Notes under the pieces: generated by a model
Databases searched by the model: none
The model's input: only the letters and a program-made list of their open reading frames with translations
What the model was told of the DNA's origin: nothing
Translations under genes and position numbers: made by a program
Assembly (NCBI GenBank): GCA_034667865.1
Contig: JAXDQN010000240.1
Coordinates: 1-24,136, forward strand
Direction of reading: 5' to 3'
DNA length: 24,136 bases
Source: Gammaproteobacteria bacterium
GTDB taxonomy: Bacteria > Pseudomonadota > Gammaproteobacteria > Steroidobacterales > Steroidobacteraceae
In this document: piece by piece, positions 9,002 through 15,550 of the stretch
Layout: each line of letters starts with the position of its first letter
Position numbering within the stretch: position 1 is the stretch's first letter

Positions 9002-9385
9002 GTGCGTGCGGAATTGGTCAACGTATTGACGCGTACTCGACTGATGGATGCACTTGTCGAAGATGGCCTGAATGTTGCACTCCCGTTATATGCGAGCAGC
9101 GTCGATATCTTGGCGTATAACAATCCGCCGAGTTCCAGCTGCCACATTGTTTCGGTCCCGATTCGCGTGAAATTGATAAATCGCCTGGCGCTTCCGCGAG
9201 ACTTCGAGACCGAGCTTCCGGATGACGCGCGGTCAGTGGCGCAGAAAGATCAAGGCGATGCTGCAGAGTTGAGCGACAGAGTTGAGCGTTTTGTCAGGCT
9301 GCAATTTCGCGGGCATGTTGCTGCAAGAGCGACTCGGACGAAATCTGCCTGCGGCCACGTCCGGCGAGCGTTTGAGTACTCATAG
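9002..9385 (+). CDS. Hypothetical protein; N-terminal half resembles a PD-(D/E)XK nuclease-like fold, possibly degenerate
   Basis: GAGG RBS 8 nt before the GTG; pattern AEL...L..DGLNVALP....VDILAY...VPIRVK. The C-terminus is doubtful and overlaps the BLUF gene by 92 nt. Confidence 0.4.
   Translation: MRAELVNVLTRTRLMDALVEDGLNVALPLYASSVDILAYNNPPSSSCHIVSVPIRVKLINRLALPRDFETELPDDARSVAQKDQGDAAELSDRVERFVRLQFRGHVAARATRTKSACGHVRRAFEYS
9264..9288. repeat. Tandem direct repeat, 2 x CAGAGTTGAGCG (13-nt period)
   Basis: Identical 12-mers at 9264-9275 and 9277-9288. Confidence 0.85.
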
Positions 9386-9848
9386 ATGCGGCTCGTTGCT
9401 TCCGCTCAACGATGAGTTTGCCGGTTCCACACGAATTCCTGGCGTGCAGCAACAATTGATCGGCGACATCCACATCGATGCTATTTAGGTGAGTTGCGGA
9501 TTCTGCCGTCAATCGGGGGATGACCAGCCCCGCTGATTCTGACCATACGACCTCGCAGTAGCCTAGCTGCCAGGGCAAAAAAGCGCGTTCCCGGGCCGGC
9601 CGAGCCACGAGTACCGTAACTTCGGCATGGCGCTTGTCGCGCGCAATTGTCCGGTAGACGGCATCCACCATTCCAGCCTCGCCTTCGAGCTGCTGTATGT
9701 AAAACCCATCGATGCGAATCAGCATGCTGGTGATAAGACGCTTGGTGTTGCAGCACCGAGCCTGCCGGAGCATGCGAAGTTGCTCGCTCTCCTCCAACGC
9801 CGCTGCACGGCTCACGTAAATAAGTTGGGAAACTTGCGTGATGATCAA
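9294..9848 (-). CDS. BLUF-domain blue-light sensor (variant)
   Basis: LIYVSRA, ARCCN, ITSML, YIQQLEG, IARDKRH and RAFLPWQL match the BLUF pattern. The TTG start is uncertain. Confidence 0.82.
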   Translation of the reverse strand: MIITQVSQLIYVSRAAALEESEQLRMLRQARCCNTKRLITSMLIRIDGFYIQQLEGEAGMVDAVYRTIARDKRHAEVTVLVARPARERAFLPWQLGYCEVVWSESAGLVIPRLTAESATHLNSIDVDVADQLLLHARNSCGTGKLIVERKQRAASMSTQTLAGRGRRQISSESLLQQHAREIAA

Positions 9849-9897
9849 CGTCGATTGGTGGGGCGGGTGATTTGGTGGCTCACGTGCCCAAAGACAC

Positions 9898-10076
9898 TTA
9901 TCGCGTGGAATCCGGTTGCGTTATCGAGCGCATGAAGGTCTGGAGTTCTTCGTACCCGAGTTGCCATCATGGTTTCTGTCGGCGCGCGCAAATTGCATTT
10001 CGAGAAAGCGAAATATTTGCTCCTTTGACACGCTGTCGGTCGCTGCGATGGATTTGACGTAGTCGATAACTGCCAT
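9898..10076 (-). pseudogene. EF-hand mini-protein gene (~59 aa) broken by a single-base frameshift near 9960-9962
   Basis: ATG 10076 reads MAVIDYVKSIAATDSVSKEQIFRFLEMQFARADRNHDG. Restoring one base continues (K/N)LGYEELQTFMRSITQPDSTR to TAA 9898-9900, giving a canonical D-x-N-x-D-G-x-L-x-x-x-E loop. The span is 179 nt, one short of 60 codons. Confidence 0.7.
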
Positions 10077-10164
10077 AGTTAACCCCACATTCTGCAATAG
10101 CGGCCACAAACATCGAGTGGCTGCGTTGAGTTACAGCATAGGGATTCGCGGATAAATTAGATGT

Positions 10165-10208
10165 AAAGAAAATGCTGGGGCGTATATCTGCGCCGCGGAT
10201 ATCGCCCC
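10165..10208 (-). terminator. Probable intrinsic terminator after the GGT-family gene
   Basis: On the minus strand, GGGGCGATATC-loop-GATATACGCCCC (11 bp, one bulge) followed by AGCATTTTCTTT. A second small hairpin, GCAGG-AAAG-CCTGC, lies at 10212-10225. Confidence 0.6.
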
Positions 10209-10232
10209 ATTGCAGGCTTTCCTGCGGGAAAT

Positions 10233-12059
10233 TCAGTACGCCAACGCCAGACCGTCCGCGCGCATTTCGCTCGCCGCCGCATACACCCGCGTCGACCCGT
10301 TCATGCGATGTTCGATGCATTCGTAACGGCCAAATCCGCCGTCCGACGCACCCATCGGCCAACCGAGCCGAATCAGCGCTTTGCGCGTGGCTTCGGGCAC
10401 GCCGGACTCCAGACGCAACACACCCGTGGGGCCAAAGCCCGGCGCATCCTCGCCCATGCTTTGCGATGATCCCTCGTGATGCCAACGCGGACTGTCGCCG
10501 GCCGCCTGGATATCGAGCCCGTAGTCGACGCGATCGATGATGATTTGCGCCTGGCCCTGGGGCTGCATGTCCCCACCCATCACGCCGAACGACATCCACG
10601 GCTGACCGTTCTTGGTGGCGAATCCCGGGATGATGGTCTGAAACGGCCGCTTGCCCGGCTGATAAATATTGGGATGTCCGTCGACCAAGGAGAATAATTG
10701 GCCGCGATCTTGGAACATGAAGCCCAGCCCGTCGGCCACCAAACCTGAACCCATGCCGCGGAAGTTGGACTGAATGATGGAAATCATCATGCCATTCGCG
10801 TCGGCGACCGTGAAATAGGTGGTGTCGCCGTGACTTGGCGCCTGACCCGGGTAGATCGGCGTCAGAATTTTGTCCGGGCGAATCAGCTTGGCGCGCTGCG
10901 CCGCGTATTCCTTGGAGTTCAACCATTCGACCGGAACCTTGGCGAAGTGCGGATCGGCGTAGTAGCGCGCTCGATCCTCGTAGGCCAAACGCTTCGCCTC
11001 CGCCTGGGCGTGGAATGATGCGGCCGACTGGAATCCCATCTCCTTCAAATCGAAGTTTTCCAAAATGTTGAGCATCTGCAGCGTCGCCAATCCCTGGGTG
11101 TTGGCCGCCATCGCATATACATCCACACCGCGGTACTTGGTTACCAGCGGATCACCCCACTCGGCATGTTGGTCGCGCAAATCCTCGTACGACAGCCACC
11201 CGCCGATGCGCTTGAAGTAGGCATCGATCGTGTGCGCGATGGGCCCTGCGTAGAAGGCATCACGTCCGCCTTGCGCAATCATTTTGTAGGTGCGCGCCAG
11301 ATCCGGGTTGCGAAATACATCGCCCTCATGCGGCGCCTTGCCCGACGGCGCATAGGTGTGCATGGCATTCTCGGTTTCTTCGACGCCGGAATCAGGCCGG
11401 CGGAAAAACGTCAGATTGCGATCGATGTAGTAGCCGATGATTTGCGGCACCGGCACGCCTTCTTCGCACAAATGAATGGCCGGCGCGAACAGTTCGGCCC
11501 ATTTCAACTTTCCGTAGCGCTGATGCAGGGTCCACCAGGCATCGCAAGCGCCCGGCGTCGAGACGGAAACCGCGCCGAGCGGAGCGATCGTGCCGTTCTT
11601 GGCGCGCGCACGCTGCGTCTCCAGGGTCAAAGCCCGCGGCGAGCGGCCGGATCCCGCCAGGCTGATCACCTTGCCGAGTTTCGGATCCCAAACGAAGGCA
11701 AAGCAATCACCGCCTAACCCTGAACTGGTGGGTTCGAGAAAACCCAGGCAGGCATTGGCGGCGATCGCCGCATCCGCCGCCGAGCCGCCGCGCTTCAAGG
11801 TTTCGATCGCCGTCAAGGTCGCGATGGGATGCGCGGTGCCGGCGGCACCCGAACATCCATAAGCCGCGGATCTCGACGCAAAGCTGGCACCGGCCGGGCG
11901 GTCGCCGGCATGGACGTCGGGACGATCAAAGCGTCCGGCGTCCGGCGGCTGAAATTTCGCGAGGGCTGTGCTCGCATCGGAATCCGCACCAACGCGCTGG
12001 AAAGGAAGTGCGCCTGCGGCGGCCAGCGGCAAGGCACCTAAAAATGATCGACGACGCAT
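10233..12059 (-). CDS. ggt: Gamma-glutamyltransferase family Ntn-hydrolase with a Tat signal (608 aa)
   Basis: MRRRSFLG twin-arginine signal, GGSAADAAIA, EPTSSGLGGDCF, VSVSTPG, HGDTTYFTVAD (autoprocessing Thr), GKRPFQTIIP, GVMGGDMQPQG. An AGGAG RBS favours ATG 12059 over 12080. Confidence 0.9.
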   Translation of the reverse strand: MRRRSFLGALPLAAAGALPFQRVGADSDASTALAKFQPPDAGRFDRPDVHAGDRPAGASFASRSAAYGCSGAAGTAHPIATLTAIETLKRGGSAADAAIAANACLGFLEPTSSGLGGDCFAFVWDPKLGKVISLAGSGRSPRALTLETQRARAKNGTIAPLGAVSVSTPGACDAWWTLHQRYGKLKWAELFAPAIHLCEEGVPVPQIIGYYIDRNLTFFRRPDSGVEETENAMHTYAPSGKAPHEGDVFRNPDLARTYKMIAQGGRDAFYAGPIAHTIDAYFKRIGGWLSYEDLRDQHAEWGDPLVTKYRGVDVYAMAANTQGLATLQMLNILENFDLKEMGFQSAASFHAQAEAKRLAYEDRARYYADPHFAKVPVEWLNSKEYAAQRAKLIRPDKILTPIYPGQAPSHGDTTYFTVADANGMMISIIQSNFRGMGSGLVADGLGFMFQDRGQLFSLVDGHPNIYQPGKRPFQTIIPGFATKNGQPWMSFGVMGGDMQPQGQAQIIIDRVDYGLDIQAAGDSPRWHHEGSSQSMGEDAPGFGPTGVLRLESGVPEATRKALIRLGWPMGASDGGFGRYECIEHRMNGSTRVYAAASEMRADGLALAY

Positions 12060-12086
12060 GAAGCTCTCTCTCCTGAACAACGAAAC

Positions 12087-12452
12087 TTAGGACGCGCCGC
12101 GACCTCGCGCGGCAACTTCGACATGCTGCTGCGTGGGAGACAGCGCCTCGACCAACGCCTCGAGGGCGCGTTGGGGGTTCGCAGTCCCGCACATGAATAT
12201 ATCCACGGCCGCAAAATCGGATTCGGGCCAAGTGTGGATGGAAATATGCGATTCAGCCAGCAGCACCACCCCGGTTACTCCGTGGGCGCTGCCAAAGCTG
12301 TGGAAGTGGCTGCCGACGACTTTGGCGCCGGCGAGTTCGGCGGCACCGCGCAACAGCGCTTCCAACTCGCCGCCACTGCGCAGCAACCGCGCCGAGACTC
12401 CGTAGAAGTCGGCCAGTATGTGACTGCCGACCATGCCTACCGATCCGCTCAT
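12087..12452 (-). CDS. speD: S-adenosylmethionine decarboxylase proenzyme (short, class 1B-like)
   Basis: GSHILADFYG, HSF...GVTGVVLLAESHISIHTWPE (E-S pyruvoyl cleavage site), AVDIFMCG. Confidence 0.93.
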   Translation of the reverse strand: MSGSVGMVGSHILADFYGVSARLLRSGGELEALLRGAAELAGAKVVGSHFHSFGSAHGVTGVVLLAESHISIHTWPESDFAAVDIFMCGTANPQRALEALVEALSPTQQHVEVAARGRGAS

Positions 12453-12634
12453 TTATGGCCGCCGCCTCCGCCGCCGGCCCACCCGCCGCCGCTGTACCCC
12501 GGACCCGACGACCACGAGTGCCAGGAGTTGCCCGTGCCCTGCCCGCCCGCTGCTCGACGCGCGAGCGCCGACCAGCTTGCCAACGAACATAGCAACGACA
12601 CGATGATGGAATAAGCCAGGAATTTGTTTCTCAT
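12449..12634 (-). CDS. 61-aa membrane-anchored or secreted Gly/Ser/Trp-rich peptide ending GGGGGGHK
   Basis: ATGA overlaps with both neighbours (12631-12634 and 12449-12452); one N-terminal hydrophobic helix and a low-complexity tail. Confidence 0.8.
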   Translation of the reverse strand: MRNKFLAYSIIVSLLCSLASWSALARRAAGGQGTGNSWHSWSSGPGYSGGGWAGGGGGGHK

Positions 12635-14079
12635 TGGCCCTTGGCATCCAGCCGATCGAGAAAATACGCCGGCAGGTAGATGCCTGCGGCCGCGAGCAGC
12701 GCGTACGGCAGTACGTTGGAGGTCACGAACAGCAGCGGGATGGCGTTAACCAAGGCCAAACCAATGAGAATCTTGCGGGCCGTCTCGCGGTAGGCCGGAT
12801 GTGGCGCCACGTCGGCATGCACGTGTCCGCCGAACCAGGCCCGCACCTGATCCAGAGGCGCAGGCACAGAGCGCGACCACGTCAGTTCTGCGGCGGTCGA
12901 TTCTGCCGCCAGCCGCACGGAGCCGCCGCTGAACTCATTCACCTGGGTAACATCCCCGACACTGACCCGCCAATTGAAAGAACCGGCGGCAAACATCACG
13001 CGCGCCGCGTACGCCGCGCTTTGGTTGAAGCGCATGCCATCGAGATTTGCATGACCCGCGCCGTCCCACCCAGGCCAGCGGTCTAGTACTTCCGCCCGTT
13101 GCCAACCCTCGTCGGTTTCGATCAGCCAGATGAATTTCTGTCGCGGCGAATACAACAGATATTCGCTCCAGCTGGATCCGTCGTCGCTTTCCGAGCGCCG
13201 CATGGCGCCCAGGATGGTGTAGTGATTGCCGCCGATCATCGCCTCGGATCCCAGCGCCAAGGTGAAGCGCACCGCTTCCACGGCCGCGCCGGCCGCCAAC
13301 ACTTTCGCAACGGCACCGGACGTATCCACCTCGGCATGACAACTCGGACACACGATGTGCACGGTAATGCCGGCGACGCAACTGACCGGCGCGCCGCACG
13401 AGGGGCAGGCCAGTGCGCTTACTTTTCCGTGAAAGCGGCCCGCGGCGTCTTTGATTTGGTCCGCATCGCGCAACAACTGCGGTTTCAGATCAATCAGCTG
13501 CACGGCTTGGCCGACGAATACTTTCGTCGCTGCCGGGTCCGAATAATCCAGACTTAAGAATCGATCAGCGGTGCGGAAATCCGCGACTTTTGCCACCCAA
13601 CCCTGGCCCACCTTGAAGGGCAATTCGCCTTGGCCCGCGGTGCATTGGGCGGTTCTGACATCGGAGGTCGCATACAGCTGCCCCGAGACCGTCATGACAT
13701 GGCCGGGCACGAGTTTCTCGAACAGCGGTAATGCCGCGTCCGTCGCTTGGGCAAACGTCATGGTGTACTGACCGGATGCATCGGACAGCCAGCCGTTGCT
13801 GCCGTCATCGAACAGCACGTACCACTCATTCCAGTAGCCATCCGCATACTGCAGCTGGATCCGGCCGATCAGGGAAAAGGAGCGCGGGCCAAACTGGCCC
13901 GAGGTGCCGATCTGCAGCGGCGAATAGTCCTCGAACACCTCCGACATCTTGCCGAGATTGCTGACTGAATCGGCGTCCTTGAGCAGCGTGGTCTTGCAAA
14001 ACTGACACACGACCATCACCGAGGCAGCCGATTTGAACTGCACCGGCGCCCCGCATCCGGGACAGCTGACTTGCTGCAT
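12631..14079 (-). CDS. DUF4178-domain protein with two Zn-ribbon + DUF4178-like repeats and a C-terminal membrane anchor
   Basis: CPGCG...CQFC and CPSCG...CPSC; GRIQLQY..GYWNEW and W.EYLLY...WL motifs; YA...FxW.V..G; hydrophobic C-terminus; GAGGA RBS. Confidence 0.85.
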   Translation of the reverse strand: MQQVSCPGCGAPVQFKSAASVMVVCQFCKTTLLKDADSVSNLGKMSEVFEDYSPLQIGTSGQFGPRSFSLIGRIQLQYADGYWNEWYVLFDDGSNGWLSDASGQYTMTFAQATDAALPLFEKLVPGHVMTVSGQLYATSDVRTAQCTAGQGELPFKVGQGWVAKVADFRTADRFLSLDYSDPAATKVFVGQAVQLIDLKPQLLRDADQIKDAAGRFHGKVSALACPSCGAPVSCVAGITVHIVCPSCHAEVDTSGAVAKVLAAGAAVEAVRFTLALGSEAMIGGNHYTILGAMRRSESDDGSSWSEYLLYSPRQKFIWLIETDEGWQRAEVLDRWPGWDGAGHANLDGMRFNQSAAYAARVMFAAGSFNWRVSVGDVTQVNEFSGGSVRLAAESTAAELTWSRSVPAPLDQVRAWFGGHVHADVAPHPAYRETARKILIGLALVNAIPLLFVTSNVLPYALLAAAGIYLPAYFLDRLDAKGQ

Positions 14080-14098
14080 CCCGCGCTTCCTCTGGTTA

Positions 14099-15115
14099 TT
14101 AGCCGACCAGTCTCTTCAGCACTTCGGCTTTCGCCGTTTCGAAATCGCCGGCGGAGATCAGGCCTTTGTCTAGAAGGCTCTTTAGTTGCCCCAAACGCGC
14201 TTCCGGGTCCGCTGCACCTGGGGTTGCTTCCGCGGCCGCAGGTGTAGCGGGCTTTTGCGCGCCGGCCAATCCCTGCGCCATGGTCTGGCCCAAAACGAGG
14301 CCGGCCGAAAGGCTGGCGCCAACGCCGGCCATGCCGCCTTCATTTTGCGCGGCCAACGGTATGGCGTTTGCCACCTGATACTGGGTGTATTTATTCAGGT
14401 CGCCCGACATGCCAATGGCAATTCTCTTATCGAGCGCCGCTTGCAGGTCCTCCGGCAAATTGATGCTGGTCACGTTGAACACATCCAGCGCCAGGCCATA
14501 GTTGCCAAACGCCGACTGAATGGCCGCCTTGACTTCGTTGGCCATCAAAGTCTGGTTCGCAGCCATGTCCAGAAACGGCTTCGTGGATGCACCCAGCGAG
14601 GCGGCCATGGTCGATACCACGATGCCGCGCAACTGCTCTTCCAAATCATCGCGCGTGTAGACCGCGCGCGTGCCGCTGATGCCGGTAAAGAATTTGCGCG
14701 CGTCAGACACGGCGTAGGAATACATGCCAAAGGCGCGCAGTCGGACCATGCCGAAATCGGCGTCGCGCAAGCTAATGGCCTGCGGCGTGCCCCACTTGCG
14801 CCCGGTCTGCAGCCGGGTGCTGAAGAAATAAACATCCGATTTGAACGGCGATTCGAACAATTTGTCCCAATTCTTGAGGTAGGTCAGCACCGGCAAGGTC
14901 TGGGTTGTCAGTTTGTACATGCCGGGCGAAAATACATCCGCGATTTTGCCTTCATTGACGAACACGGCCACCTGCGACTCGCGCACGGTTAGACTGCCGC
15001 CGTATTGAATCTCGAAATCCTGCATCGGATAGCGCCACGCCAACACCCCGTCGGTGTCCTCGTTCCATTGCAGAATATCGATGAACTGTTTCTTGATGAA
15101 AGATCCGAGGCTCAT
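14099..15115 (-). CDS. SPFH/band-7 domain protein (YdjI-like) with a C-terminal SHOCT-like domain
   Basis: LTVRESQVAVFVNEG, GMYKLTT..LPVL, SPFKSDVYF, KWGT, LRAFG.YS; C-terminal RLGQLKSLLDKGLISAGDFETAKAEVL; GGAG RBS. Confidence 0.87.
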   Translation of the reverse strand: MSLGSFIKKQFIDILQWNEDTDGVLAWRYPMQDFEIQYGGSLTVRESQVAVFVNEGKIADVFSPGMYKLTTQTLPVLTYLKNWDKLFESPFKSDVYFFSTRLQTGRKWGTPQAISLRDADFGMVRLRAFGMYSYAVSDARKFFTGISGTRAVYTRDDLEEQLRGIVVSTMAASLGASTKPFLDMAANQTLMANEVKAAIQSAFGNYGLALDVFNVTSINLPEDLQAALDKRIAIGMSGDLNKYTQYQVANAIPLAAQNEGGMAGVGASLSAGLVLGQTMAQGLAGAQKPATPAAAEATPGAADPEARLGQLKSLLDKGLISAGDFETAKAEVLKRLVG

Positions 15116-15139
15116 GGCAATCTCCGTCAGGACGATGAA

Positions 15140-15526
15140 TTAAGAAAGAGCACCCGCGCTCAGCGCGCCGACCGAAATTGAAATTGACGCCAGCAACACA
15201 CCGAAGGCCACGTTGTTGCCTTCGATTTGCTGTTTGGACATGTGCAATAGATGCGAGACCAGAATGTACGTCAGCAGCTGTACGGCGGCCGCCGCGGCGG
15301 ACCAGGCTGCAAACGATGCCAGGTTATCGGTGTGCAACAATCCTGAGGCCACCGTCATGGAGAAACCCACCAAGGCGCCCCCCAAGGTTAGCGCTGCGGC
15401 GACATTGCCCTGGCGGATGAGCTTCAGTTCATCGAAGGGCACCACCCAGGTGTAGACCAGAAAAAAAACGAACAGCAACAGGCCCGCGGTGACGAGGTGC
15501 AAGGCATAATTGATGACAATGTTCAC
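15140..15526 (-). CDS. DUF350 (YjfL-like) inner-membrane protein
   Basis: Four hydrophobic helices and duplicated LIRQGNVAAA / IEGNNVAFG motifs; GGAGG RBS before the GTG. Confidence 0.88.
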   Translation of the reverse strand: MNIVINYALHLVTAGLLLFVFFLVYTWVVPFDELKLIRQGNVAAALTLGGALVGFSMTVASGLLHTDNLASFAAWSAAAAAVQLLTYILVSHLLHMSKQQIEGNNVAFGVLLASISISVGALSAGALS

Positions 15527-15550
15527 AGTGCCCTCCCTGATGCAATGTTC
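15511..15550. repeat. Imperfect direct repeat TGATG(A)CAATGTTC spanning the divergent start region
   Basis: TGATGACAATGTTC at 15511-15524 and TGATGCAATGTTC at 15538-15550. Confidence 0.7.

Noticed and set aside
9955-9970. Programmed ribosomal frameshift in the EF-hand gene
   Set aside because: No slippery heptamer or homopolymer at the site; a simple 1-nt deletion is more parsimonious.
8751-10232. Mobile element or prophage in the accessory patch
   Set aside because: No transposase, integrase, terminal inverted repeats or adjacent tRNA seen.
15497-15544. GTG 15497 as the aminopropyltransferase start
   Set aside because: It would overlap DUF350 head-to-head, has no spaced SD and adds a non-family leader. 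It is not fully excluded, because ATG 15545 also lacks an SD.
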